DNA of 63,992 bases, filler included, from Reticulomyxa filosa (Eukaryota; Protista; Foraminifera): NCBI GenBank assembly GCA_000512085.1. It is 19 parts of 19 records of this genome, joined end to end, with 100 filler letters (N's around TTAATTAATTAA, not from the genome) between each part and the next. Parts side by side here need not be neighbours in the genome. Positions count along the whole stretch, not along the records: positions 44,806 to 56,554 come from ASPP01002308.1; positions 56,655 to 58,133 come from ASPP01025736.1; positions 58,234 to 59,233 come from ASPP01046260.1; positions 59,334 to 60,801 come from ASPP01014449.1; positions 60,902 to 63,992 come from ASPP01024593.1; 14 more parts are not named here. The stretch is one strand, 5' to 3'. Under the pieces are notes generated by a model, which made no database searches, was not told the DNA's origin, and was given only the letters and a program-made list of their open reading frames with translations. Position 1 is the first letter of the stretch. Each line of letters starts with the position of its first letter. A program made the position numbers and the translations under genes. This document shows, piece by piece, positions 52,380 to 63,992 of the stretch.

Positions 52380-54544
52380 TGTGCAAGAAAAGACTTATCT
52401 CACATAAAGCAAAAACTTGACTCAAAAGAAATAACTGATAAATTTAGCAACGATGTTCTTTAAAAAAAATCAAAAATATTGAACATGATGAAAGCGTATA
52501 AAACCAATCGGAAGCAGTAAACACGTTGCAAACAATAGTACCCGCTTTATGCCCTGAACGAACTGCAAAAGAATTTTACAAAGCATTAGAACAATACTGT
52601 TTTCCAGTTGAAGTTCAAGCGTGTCCCCAGACGCGTACTCAAACACCGAGGCATTGGCAGCCAAAGAAGAAGTGCTGTGCGCCATTGGTATTAAGTCATG
52701 CATAGCAAAAAATTTCCTTTTTTTTTAAGATAGTAAGAGGTGAAAAAAAAAGTCATAAACACCTCCTCTTTTGTTATAAAATAAGAATAACTTTATGTAT
52801 ACGTATGAAAGAAAAAAAAAAGGGCCAGACAGTAGTACCCAAAAAAAATTAAGAACATTATTAAACATAAAATAAACAATTAAAAACTAAACAGCTGAGC
52901 AATTGGGTCGCACTGAATTGATAGAGTACACAGGCGGAAGTGAGCCAGCAGCAAAGAATGTGCTGCCATTGCTGGAAAAACTGGCAATGGTAGAGGAAAC
53001 AGTGATTCGACAAGCAGCAGTGACATCATTTGCAAAATTAATAGCGAAGCTGAAAGTGGACCATGTGAAGACATATGGCTTTCCAATCCAATCGAGATTG
53101 GCAGAAGCGAGCTGGTTTACTAGTCGTTGCAGTGCAGCAGCACTAACTCCAGGATTGTACAAAGTATTACCATTAGAGGAAGATAAAAAAAGTCTTTTGG
53201 AATGTCACAAACGTCTTTGTAATGACGAAATGCCAATGGTGAAGAGTGAGGCATACAAGAATTTAGTGCCATTGATAGATGAAATGAAATCACCAGCTTT
53301 GGTTGTTTCGTATACACGTCCTTTACTAGAAACTCTTCAAAGTGAATTGATGGAAACCATGCGCCAATCCCATGTCGATATAACAAAAAAGATTGCAGAG
53401 AAATTGGAAGAAGAAAAATCTCAGGACGTTATTCCCGGATATGTCAAAATGGCCGTGGAGGATGACTCATGGCGCGTTCGAAAACACATAGCGGAAAACT
53501 TGGCGGATATTTGCTCGCATTTGAAACCCGCCAAAGTGTCGGAAGAAATCGGACCGCTGTATATTAAACTGCTCGGCGACAGTGAACCTCAAGTGCGAAA
53601 GGCTGCCATTAGCGTGCTGGAAGGAATTACAAAGGCCAGCGATGGACAAAACTTTGCCCAAAAAATGATGAGTGGCACCTTGCAAACTCTGGTGTCTGAC
53701 AGTGTGGCGGAAGTGAGAGAAACATTGGCCGAACAGGTTGCATGTTTGGGTGACTACTTGGGAAAGGAAGGTGTCAAGGAAAAGCTATTGCCTGTTTTGA
53801 AAAAACTGGCGTCGGATGAAAGCCCTGTTGCTCGGCTCAACTTGTGTTCCAAATTGGGCAATGTCTGCAAACTGTTGGGTCTGGAGTTGTTTGAATCCGA
53901 TATCCTGCCTTTATTGAAAGAGGTCACCATTGATCAACGATGGCGTGTCCGCAATTCCATTGTCGTTAACATTGCTCAAATTGGAGTTATTATGGGAAAG
54001 GACAAGTTTGCCAAATCCCGTCTTAAAGAAATCCTCATTCAATCTTTGAGAGACCCCGCTTATACTGTCAGAGAAACTGCTTCCAAGCAAGTGCAAAGCT
54101 TAAATCAATCCTTTGGATTTGATTGGATGTCGGAAAACTTGTTTCAGCCTATGAAAAGTTTGTATAAAGAAAGTGGAAACTATCTCCATCGAATGGTACC
54201 TCTGAAAACGGTCCAACTTTTGTCCAAGGATCTCAGCGGAGCCCAAATCAAAAGTGAATTTGCTGCAATGTTAACGAGTGCCTTAAATGATCCCATTTCT
54301 AATGTACGTTTCATAGCTTGCAAAGTATTAGTTGATGTTTTACCACGTCTTGACAGTACCAGTATTGGGCAATTCAAAACAGCTTTGGACAAATTGGCAG
54401 CTTTGTTTTTCTATTTTATTACAGTAAAAAATTTTTAAAAATAACACGCCCCTTTTTTTTTTTGATTTTTACTTGATTTAATAGAAACAAGATGAAGATC
54501 CAGATGTTGCTTTTTTTGCCGCGGAGGCGTTGAAAGCATGTTAA
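52380..54544 (+). CDS. PPP2R1A: Protein phosphatase 2A scaffold (A/PR65) subunit, HEAT repeats; start uncertain
   Basis: TIVPALCPERTAKE..KEEVLCAI|AEQLG; LLEKLAMVEETVIRQAA; WFTSRCSA; CNDEMPMVK; DDSWRVR; DQRWRVR; NYLHRM; DPISNVRF; last exon KQDEDPDVAFFAAEAL. Exon 1 has indels. Confidence 0.92.
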
Positions 54545-54992
54545 ACGTGAAGCACTTGTGGATGATTTGAATACTTGTTTTTTTGTTCAATTTTTTTTGC
54601 GCTTTTTTTCCTCTCCCCCTATCAAACCAAAAAAAAAACGTCGCATTTTTCGTAATGCTGATGGTTTAGAGAAAAAAAAAGTTACTTTGTCAGCAAAGGT
54701 TTCTTGTTTTCCGTGTCAAATCAATGACAATCACTTGTCATTGCATCACATAACTGTGAAATCTGTGGGAAAAAATATTATTGGATCATGTATGTCTCAC
54801 AAGCAAAACCTATTTTTCAAAGCGTACAACATAGTGCATTTTTCCAAGCGACAATTTAGTCCAGAATTGCATGTAATAAAAAAAGGGAACCAGCAAGAAA
54901 AACGCTTACGTACACAGTAACAAAAAAAGGAATCCTTTTACAAAATAAAAAAAACTTTTTAAAACCTGCGTTAGATAATAATTTGGCAAAGA

Positions 54993-56462
54993 ATGCTCCA
55001 ATTACTTTGCTGGCTGACTCTCTTCATTTCCGCTTTGGAAGGTGCGCCTACCACCCGTCGTCCGACAACACCTCCTCCGACAACGCCTTCCCCAACAACG
55101 CCTTCCCCAACAAAAATACCTACACTTATGCCTACCCTTCCACCGACAAAGGGAACAGAAGCCCCTACACACCGACCAACAACCATTCCTACAAGCGCTC
55201 CGACATGGGCACCAAGTATGTAAAATTGATGTTTGGTTTGTTTGAAAAAAAACTGCTTCTCTCTTTCTCAAAACAATAAACAACAAAATAAAACATGTCT
55301 GCCCATGCAATAGCAATACTCCTGGAGAGTAATGACGATGTGGAAGTCAAAGTAAATGTAACCCTTGTAGGGTCTGAAGTCGCGGATTTGTGCACAGATG
55401 CGAATTTGAAAAAATATAAAGATACGTTGCAAAACATATTTATCGCAGCTTCGAATGTGAAGAGTAGCGATATTGTATCGGTTAGTTGCAACCGTTGTTG
55501 GAAAAAGGGGGGGGAAGGGGCAAAAAAAAGAGGAAAAAAACCTACATGAAAATTTTTTTAAAAAAAGTTGTTTAAAAAAAAACGTATACTATATCTTTAA
55601 ATTTTATTTTGGATAGTCAAAACTTGCTGACTGCAGTATGATCAACTCAGGTTCGATTTTACTGCATGAATTGCGAAGTAGCAATCCTCGAACAAAATAC
55701 AGTGTAGGACAACGAATAAGCAGTGGGGATTTTATTGAACAATATCAAACGGATTTGGATTTGGCGTTTAGCTCTGTCCTTGTGACAAATGTGAAGCTGA
55801 TGGAATCAGCTGTAGTCCCAAAAGAGAAATCCAAAAGACATCCTTTTGCAGACTTTTTTTCTCCGTATTTTGGGTTGGGAGTGGTTATTTTGGCAGTTTC
55901 TGTATTGTGGTGTTTGTTATTGCGAGCGGAAGATGGTGAAACTGATGATTTGCGATTAAAACAATTGCAAGAGGAAAAACGTAAGTTTGAACTGAAATAT
56001 GGGCTTATTGAAGAGGATTCGTTGGACCGAACTGAAAAAGAAATCCTTGAATCAGTGGAAATGGCTGATAATACCAAAGAAACTACTGGAACACAAGGCG
56101 AAACAAAAACGTCAAGCACTGATGCTCAGCCACAGACACAAACCCAGATCCAAACCGAAACTCAAGATCAAGCCCAAATCCAACCTCAGACCCAAGATCC
56201 AAACGGCGAAAAAAATGCCACTTCCCAATATGCTTACAGAGCTAGCGTTGTCGACGAAGTAAAGCATGTGAAAAATCCTGAAGAACGGGAATCCGTTGAT
56301 TTAGATCAGATCAAAGATCCTGGAAAAAAGCGAAGAAAAACACAAGAGTATCTTAACAATTTGTGGGACGACAAGACCCAAAAAGCACCCAAGGCAGCAG
56401 CAGAAGAAGAAGAGGACGAACAGGACGAACAGGACGAACACGACGAACAGGACGAAGAGTAA
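54993..56462 (+). CDS. Type I membrane/surface protein: signal peptide, Pro/Thr mucin-like stalk, SEA-like domain, TM, acidic tail (about three exons)
   Basis: MLQLLCWLTLFISALEG|APTTRRPTTPPPTTPSPT...; VEVKVNVTL...GSILLHEL; TM YFGLGVVILAVSVLWCLLL; DEQ repeats at the C-terminus. Confidence 0.75.
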
Positions 56463-57884
56463 TTCATTGCTCCTTGAAAGTGTTGTTGTAAATAGAATAT
56501 TAAACAAGGAGAGTTGTGATTGTCTTGCCAAGACGAGATTCATGTTTTTGTTGTNNNNNNNNNNNNNNNNNNNNNNNNNNNNNNNNNNNNNNNNNNNNTT
56601 AATTAATTAANNNNNNNNNNNNNNNNNNNNNNNNNNNNNNNNNNNNNNNNNNNNTAGAAAAACGTATTTGTTTGAGCCGCGATCACAACATCTTTTTTTC
56701 AAATGGTGTTGTTATTTTGGGTGTCTCTGACTCTATTCTTTCTTTTTCGGCAGCTGTTACATTTTTGCAGAGGAATACATTGGTGAAGGAGCTCTCCATG
56801 TTAGATATGTTTGGCTTGTTAGGTTGTTTAAAGAAAGAAGAGCCAAAACCACCTTTGTAATGTCGAAGAGAACTTTTTTAAAAGGAAAAACTTTTTCTCT
56901 TCTAGAGAAAATCATTACTCAAGAAAAAGTGATTATTCATTCAAAAAAAAACAATTTTAAGTTCAATTGTATGTAATTAATCAATTTTTCAGAACCAAAA
57001 ATGAAGTACTATACAAAATGTTTAACAATTCTTTTTGTCAAGTTGTTTTGTCAAAAATGCCAAAATATTCCAAAAAATTGCAAATTGCATTTTTTTAATA
57101 GACATTTATAAATTGTATGTCTACTGTCTTGTTTAAGAAAAAAAGGTCTTTTTTTTTCTTTGGTTGTGTCTGTCTCTTTAGTACCAGTTCATAATTAGGA
57201 CGCTAGTCTTCTTAGCAAAACACTGGTAGGTCTTTTTTCTTTTGAGTTATTTTGCTGTTTAAAAAAGTGGTTTTGTTTTGTTTTTTGAACAGTCACAAAC
57301 TCTGAAAAAAATAAAAAAAGATGTCTTTTTTGTTTGGATGCTTTGCGTCCTTCGCCAAGAGAAAAAAAACAAATGAATATGGGGTAAGGCCCCCCGTCTC
57401 CGCAAGGAGTAAAAATGGTTTGTTATATATTTATACGTTGTTTTTTTTTTTGACATAATTTGCGTTGTTTGTTTTTTTGATCAACAGCCTCAACCCGTCT
57501 GTTAAAAAAAAAAAATTGTATACGTCCACATCACCATTCCCTACAAAGAACAATTTCGGGGTTGAAGCCACCCCGTGTTGCAAAAAAAATGAAAGAGTTA
57601 TGATTTTTTTATTTTTTATTTTTTTTATTTTTTATCAAATGTCGGTGTGTTTGTCAACAGGCACGCCCCCACCAACAATATATTTACCCCCTCCTCATAA
57701 CAAAGAAAAAAAAAAATAGATAATTCGAATTAGAGCTTTAAGCTCCTCATCAAATGTATGTTTTTATTTTTTAAAAAAATAAAAAATTATTTCAATTTGT
57801 GATTCTGTTGCTAGGACTCGAGACTCAAAAGGATTGGAAGTTTGTTTATTTTTTATTTCTATTGGGATTATGGGATATTAAATA

Positions 57885-58133
57885 TTTGGAGGGAAAAAAT
57901 GATAAAAAGAAAATGGGGGAAAATGAATGTGGGAAAAAGAAGTTGAAAAGGGGTGAAAAGATTGTGAAAATGGGGTGAAAAGGGTGGAAAAGGGAGTTTA
58001 AAAATTATTTTTTTTAGAAAAATGAAGAAAAATATAAAAATGAATAAAGAAATGAAAAAAATGATGAAAAAAAAATGTTGAAAAATTTTAAAAAAAAGAT
58101 GACAATGAGAAAAATGAGAAAAAATAAGAAAAA
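57885..58133 (+). repeat. Purine-skewed low-complexity tract (AAAATGGGG/AAAATGA-like units)
   Basis: About 250 nt almost devoid of C, running to the contig end. Confidence 0.7.
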
Positions 58134-59387
58134 NNNNNNNNNNNNNNNNNNNNNNNNNNNNNNNNNNNNNNNNNNNNTTAATTAATTAANNNNNNNNNNN
58201 NNNNNNNNNNNNNNNNNNNNNNNNNNNNNNNNNTGAGTTTGTATTTATATATTGGCTTGACTGGATATTGGAACTACATGTAATTTTTATAATAAAACAA
58301 TAGCTACAATGTTCAGCATGTAATTTTTTATTATTCTTTATAAATTTCATGATTGAGTTCACAATATACCTTGCATGTGTAACACGTTTGAATCAAAACA
58401 AGTCCAAATCATGGCAAAACTTTTATCTATTGATTCTGAATCTCTTGCTTTGGTCGTTTTTAAACGTGTTTGATTCAATAACTACAACACAAGTAATCTT
58501 TATTTCAAAAAAAATTTTTAAAATAACTGACAGACATCTGTCAAAGTAGAAAACTATCATATTCAACAATTCCGAATAAAATTCAAAGGTACATTTGGCC
58601 TGTCTATAGAAATATCCAATGCCCAGGTTGCCAGTACAAATGAAGAGTAAATGCTTTCAGTCTAATCAAGAAAAAAATTTTATGTGTGAATATACACAAA
58701 TAGTTGTTGTTTTGATTATTTTGTTATTTACTATATTTAAGTTTTTCAAATTATTATGAATGATCAGGTGAAATGGTATGCCGTATAATGAGGAAACGCA
58801 GTAAATCAGGAATAAATGACACATGAAACTATAATCAAAAAAGTGTGTTACTAAGAGCTGCATTTAGAAACAAATACATCTTTATCATATAATAATAATT
58901 TATGCTTTTATTGTTGAGAATTTCATATTATCATTTGCATCAATGATTACATTGTATGTGTATTTATTTGTCGAATAACTGATTTTTTTCTTTTCTTTGT
59001 CTTTGTGAGTGTAGTGATACATGAGCCATAACTGACTCCAGAGTTGTAATAACTCAACTCATCAAACACTCACTCTTTTTATTCTCAATTTTCTTATACG
59101 TTTAATTTAGCTGAGCTCTCTTTCTTGCATCTCTCTACATGAGTATTATATCTATTTTGGACGGGCGGACAAACTTGTTCATAAGATTAGCGTTTTTGAC
59201 TACTTGAATCTCCAAAGAAAAAAACTTTATTTTNNNNNNNNNNNNNNNNNNNNNNNNNNNNNNNNNNNNNNNNNNNNTTAATTAATTAANNNNNNNNNNN
59301 NNNNNNNNNNNNNNNNNNNNNNNNNNNNNNNNNGGGGGGGGAGGAGGGGGGAGAGAGGGGAGGGGTTAAAGCCTTAAGAGTGCATAC

Positions 59388-59852
59388 CTCTTCGTTTACT
59401 CAATTGAAACAATGCCTTGTCTCGTTTGTCCAATTCAACGAGCTCATAAATGGACTGTAGTATTTTGCGGTCGGTAATTTCTGTAACTTTGCGCGCATAT
59501 TTGTCATATTCATTGCAACAACGCCGGATAATTTCTTCAATTTCCGGGGTATATTTGTGATTGGATTGTTGCATTTGTGCTATTAACCTATCACTCCGTA
59601 GACGTCCACTTAGCTCTTTTGATGCTAGCTGAGACTGAGACTGAGACTGAGACTGAGATTGAGATTGGGGCTGAGATGGTGCATTTACACCCTCTTGTGA
59701 TAGCATTTGCGTATTTGTCTCATTATTGTTTTCATTTACCAATGATTTATCTTCATATGTTGTAAACCGTTTTTTTCCCGTGTTCAACCGTTGCGACGTT
59801 GCGGATTAAACAACACCGCACAAACAAAGAACAAAAAAAGCTTACCTGCCAT
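59388..59852 (-). CDS. CNOT9: CCR4-NOT subunit CNOT9/Caf40/Rcd1, first two exons (59852-59846, 59750-59388), with N-terminal extension
   Basis: ATGGCAG|GTAAGC micro-exon joins in frame. IYELVELDKRDKALFQLSKRR|E matches the Rcd1 start (INEL..PETRENALLELSKKRE). Confidence 0.7.
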
Positions 59853-60212
59853 TTTTTTCCACTTTAATTTTATGCCCTTTGAAGCGTACAAAAATCAAAG
59901 ATGAAAAGAAGGTAAGAAAAATTCGATTCACATTTTTTTTTTAAAGTTTTTTTGTTTGTGTAGACAATGAAAATTTTATTGCTCCATGCTTAAATGACAA
60001 CAGGAAATTAACTTCAAAATAACAGTTTTCAAAATGATTACTTTTCGTATTTCCTCAAGTTCATATACTAAGTCCTGCCAAGATATGCAATTATTTTAAA
60101 GTAAAGAATTATCTACTTTTCACCACTCCTTCAGTACAGCAAACACAAACAGGACAAAAGACGCTGACTGTGGGTGGCCTTTTTTTAAAAAAATTTCATT
60201 ATCACAATTAAA

Positions 60213-60734
60213 ATGCCTGCCATTCGCGGCCTAGAAAGTTATATACATTTGTGCCAAAAAAGGAATGAATTGTTCGAAATTTTCTTTAAAATGGCTATAA
60301 AAATTGTGTCTTGGTCTTTGTAGAATATTTGGAAAAGGAGGACTTGATAGAAGTTCGACCTTTGCACGAATTAGAAGATTGTGTGATTGGTGTCGATGTT
60401 TTTCAATGGCTCCGCGAAAAGGAGTTTGTTAAAAATGAGCCTTTGCATGTAATACAACCAGCATTACTCTGTTGTATATATTTTTGTTGTGTTGTTTAAT
60501 TTGTTTCTTTCCGTCGTTCCCTTTTTTTTTTTAAAAATTAAAAATAAAAAAAAGAGAAAAAAAAAAATGATATGGAATGTATCATAACTGCACAGTCAGC
60601 AATGGGTGGGCAGCCAATAACATTGGAACAGCAAATCCGAGCCCAATTACAGAATTTCCATAAATGGAAAATCCATCCAGTTTTTGTGTTTAATGGAATA
60701 AAATATCTGGAAAATTCTCGCGCTCCTTTGTTAC
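60213..60734 (+). CDS. MKT1: MKT1-like XPG/PIN-fold post-transcriptional regulator, first three exons
   Basis: Spliced MPAIRGLEKYLEKEDLIEVRPLHELEDCVIGVDVFQWLR..EPLHSAMGGQPITLEQQIRAQLQNFHKWKIHPVFVFNGI. EPL..A.GG.P..L and I.PVFVFNG are the Mkt1 PIN signature. Confidence 0.8.
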
Positions 60735-61039
60735 GTGTGTGTATTTTAATGCTAACATCAAATAATTTAAATTCGTGTTTATAACTTTTTTTTTTTTTTT
60801 TNNNNNNNNNNNNNNNNNNNNNNNNNNNNNNNNNNNNNNNNNNNNTTAATTAATTAANNNNNNNNNNNNNNNNNNNNNNNNNNNNNNNNNNNNNNNNNNN
60901 NCGGGAAAGCAAAAGTGATATAGCTCGGCCACATGCACAGAAGTTGCTCTGAACGAAAGGAAAGTAAGAAAGGAAGCATCCTAACAAAAAAAAAAAACAA
61001 TACAACATTTCTTTTACAAAAAAGAAATTAGACAAGAAC

Positions 61040-62833
61040 ATGGCAGGTATACTCGAAGATGCAGAGTTTATTAATGCTTTTGAGAGCTTCATGTGCGGTT
61101 TTTCAAACACGTTTCATTGCCGGAGCAAAGCGAGTTAAAGAAAGTCATAAACGTTAGAGTAAAACAATATACTAATTACGAAAATATAGACTTCCCAATT
61201 GTGAAGATTCCATCTCTGGGAGACTTTGCGAATCCATTGACATTTCCCATAAAAGACAAAGTACTATCAAAGATCATAGAGATAAGCACATAGAGTCCTT
61301 ACGGTCATGGAACAGAAACTAAGATGGACAAAGAGTGCTCAAGGGATTCGAGCTGATCATTGGACAGTTTGTTCTGAAAAATTTTTGGCTTAACTCACGC
61401 AATAACCCGATCTTAGAAAAAATCCGACTTGAGTTAGCTGGGCACATTAAATACATTACCGCATTGCCTTATAAGTTTTTATTGTATGAAGCATGTTGGG
61501 TGCTTTACATTTTTTTTTAATAATTGTTATTTAAAAAAATTGTGTCTGATGTGAAGTCGGTTTTTTTAAGCCTCATGTGGACACAAAGTATCAAAAGGGA
61601 CATTTTGGTACATTGCCGCTATCATTACCAACAGAAGAATGATTCGAAGATGGGAATTTGATATTGTCATTTGAATGCAAAAATGTTGAGCGTAATCCAT
61701 CCCAAGAAGAAAAAATTGACATAGCACCGCAAATGGATTGGCTGGCGTTTTACATCGACATTTATCACGAAATTAAACCTGTCACCAAAGGACGACGCGT
61801 TATGATTGCTTTCAGTTTGATTGTTCCGAAATATTGCCAAGATGACTTCAAATACTTTAAGGCTGCGCCAAAAATTGAAACGTCGTCGATGTCTTTGAAC
61901 GACAAATGATTTTTGATTTTTTTTTTTTTTTTACTTTATAAAATTTAAACAAATTGACAACACTCGCTAAATTGAACAAAGGTGGCTGAAACATTAGTAC
62001 AATGCGTACATGGGCTGTTTAAACTAGATATCCATCAAGAAATCGTATATTTGATCATTAAATGGCAAATGACTATCGAGTCATTGAAGAAATTAAAAGA
62101 TTGATGTCCAGCAATTTGTATAGTTATTACAACTAGCTAGGAAACATATCAGTGTGTGTAGTGTTATCTCATTACTACACTGAACACAAGATTGAAGAAT
62201 GTGAATTTAATCGCGCAAATTTAAAAGGACTTGATGTCGCCATTTACACAATACTGAGCCAAGTGTTTCATTCTTTTGTAACCTATTACAAAATTAACGC
62301 TGTGATTGATGAATTTGAGTCTAATCAAGGTAATGACGATTTCAAAGGCACTTTTTGTTTAGTTGTTTTTTTATTGGCTGGAGTTATTTCCTTGTGTTTA
62401 TGTCAATTGATTGATGTATGTTTGGATTGACTAGGCAGTGTTATCGAAGAATGGACCGAAACGGATACAGGTTACAACTGAAATATTATTTTGGGACACA
62501 GTTTTCTACAAACATTTTCTTTGTTTCTAATGTATACTTAAACTTTGTATTCTATCTCTCCTCCATCTAAAATGTCCAATCTATGTAGCATATGTAAACA
62601 AAAATCAAACGTTATGTGATTCCAAACGTATTAGCGAAGCGGAAATAAACTATGGTAGCTGTGGCAAGTACGACTTAAATAATCAATACTATACATGTTT
62701 GGTATTGTTAAAACCCAAAATATCGCGTCTAAAAAATTATCGTAAAAGTGTTAGAAGACCAGGAAAAAAAAGAAAATTGAGTATATCAAGCGCTAGTAAT
62801 TATGCATTCCCAAACAAAAAAGCAAAACAATAA
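61040..62833 (+). pseudogene. 2OG-Fe(II) oxygenase superfamily pseudogene
   Basis: SPYGHGTETKMD, YKFLLYE, FFKPHVD (HxD 61574-61582), HFGTL, WLAFYIDIYHEIKPVTKGRRV, LSHYYT..LKGLD. In-frame stops at 61291 and 61640 plus indels. Confidence 0.8.
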
Positions 62834-63239
62834 CCTGTTACAATAAGGTCTGTGTAATACAGTTATCAATAAATTGAATTTGACTTAAATATTGCAAAGT
62901 TTTGTGCTTTGTTAAATTCTTTGTTTAAACTCTTACAACATTTCGCTATCAAACGACCAATCAAAATGATAATTGTTTTTGGCAAAAAATTAAAAAAATT
63001 GCACTTAGAGAAAAATTTGATACGAAATGGTTAAAATTCCGTCTTACAATGTGAAGCTACAATATATTCTTAACAAACAAAAAAATAACGAAAAGAGGTT
63101 GACCGAAATAATCACCTAGTGACTTTTCATTTTATTAACATTATTTAAGTTCTTTTTAGTCTTTAGTTAGCAAATAAGTTTTTGATGTCGACTGTAAGTT
63201 GTTTTCAAGTGAGTTGTAGTAGGACCCTTCAAAAAAAAA

Positions 63240-63992
63240 TGATGATATTTGCACGAGTCCGATTACTTCCAAAAGCATTGACAAAATGCTTGCCCTCTCA
63301 AGCTAGCTATCAAACTGTGGGAAAATGGTGTGTATATTCGTCGAGATATTGGGTATCTTACCCGTCCTCTCGTTTGCAGGACCTGAAAGCCTCGTTGAGC
63401 AACAAAGACACAAAAAGGGTAGACAAGCACAGAAAAGGCAAGAAAAATCGAAAGCTAAAAAAGTGGACGAAGCATCGCAGTCAGAGGTTCCAACTCAGTC
63501 TTCCAAAATGGTATACACAAACCAATCATTTCATGGGCGTATAAGTATACGAAAGAAGCGTAAGAATCGCGTCTTCGTGAAAGCAGCAATTTGCCGAGCA
63601 ATACTTCCCAGACACATTGACAAAAAAAAAATTAGAAATGGGATTAGTTGACGTTACCTATAAAATCGATATCAAGGACTACGACATTTCAAGACATATT
63701 ATTGGCCCCAATGTTTTATACAAAGACGAGCACGTGATTGTTTTGCACAAGCTTCCAGGAATCGTCTCTTGTGTCGACAAGCGAGAAACTCGAGCAAGCC
63801 ATTCTTCCCGATCTTCAATCCATGCTTCGCGAGCACATCAAAGTGGACAAAGAGCTGAGAGAAACCTGGCGTTTTTTGCCCCAACAAGCGATCGACATTG
63901 CAGCAACTACAAAAAATTTGCGCCGTCACGCAAGATTACAACTCACCCCTTACAAAGACCGATAAATGGATGATTGAAGCCAAAAAATTGAA
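63240..63992 (+). CDS. Probable RluA-family pseudouridine synthase N-terminus with organellar presequence-like leader (frameshifted, truncated)
   Basis: VLYKDEHVIVLHKLPGIVS matches RluA motif I (ILYEDxxLLVVNKPxG). The catalytic HRLD motif is not reached in the window. Confidence 0.45.

Noticed and set aside
57885-58133. G/A-rich tract as a telomeric repeat
   Set aside because: No fixed repeat unit; treated as low-complexity sequence.

Overview
This window is not contiguous DNA. It is 19 short assembly contigs joined by 18 artificial 100-nt spacers (N44-TTAATTAATTAA-N44). Eighteen contigs are AT-rich, intron-containing eukaryotic DNA with many homopolymer indels. The expanded WD40 family (RING/TRAF-Zn-WD40 and the YWVRILNIKLGWIHEF type) suggests the foraminiferan Reticulomyxa filosa or a relative; this is an inference from recall, not a database result. 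Recognisable eukaryotic genes: PH-domain protein, YEATS (Yaf9-like) protein, FKBP-like protein with CaaX tail, EF-hand protein, Ntn-hydrolase, SPRY-HECT E3 ligase, a multi-TM RGS and a second RGS protein, two C2H2 zinc-finger genes (one with MYND), a START protein, a MATH-like/RanBD-like protein, two WD40 genes, PP2A scaffold subunit A, a Pro/Thr-rich surface protein, CNOT9 and MKT1 head-to-head, and an RluA-like fragment. Pseudogenes include WD40, chromodomain and 2OG-Fe(II) oxygenase relics. One GC-rich contig is bacterial (hppD-hmgA). The best signal absent from the ORF track is a decayed Tc1 (DD34E) transposon at about 48149-49503 with ~150-bp TIRs, plus a third TIR copy at 1606-1763. I found no clear new multi-gene system. 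The most novel-looking items are individual architectures and splicing features.
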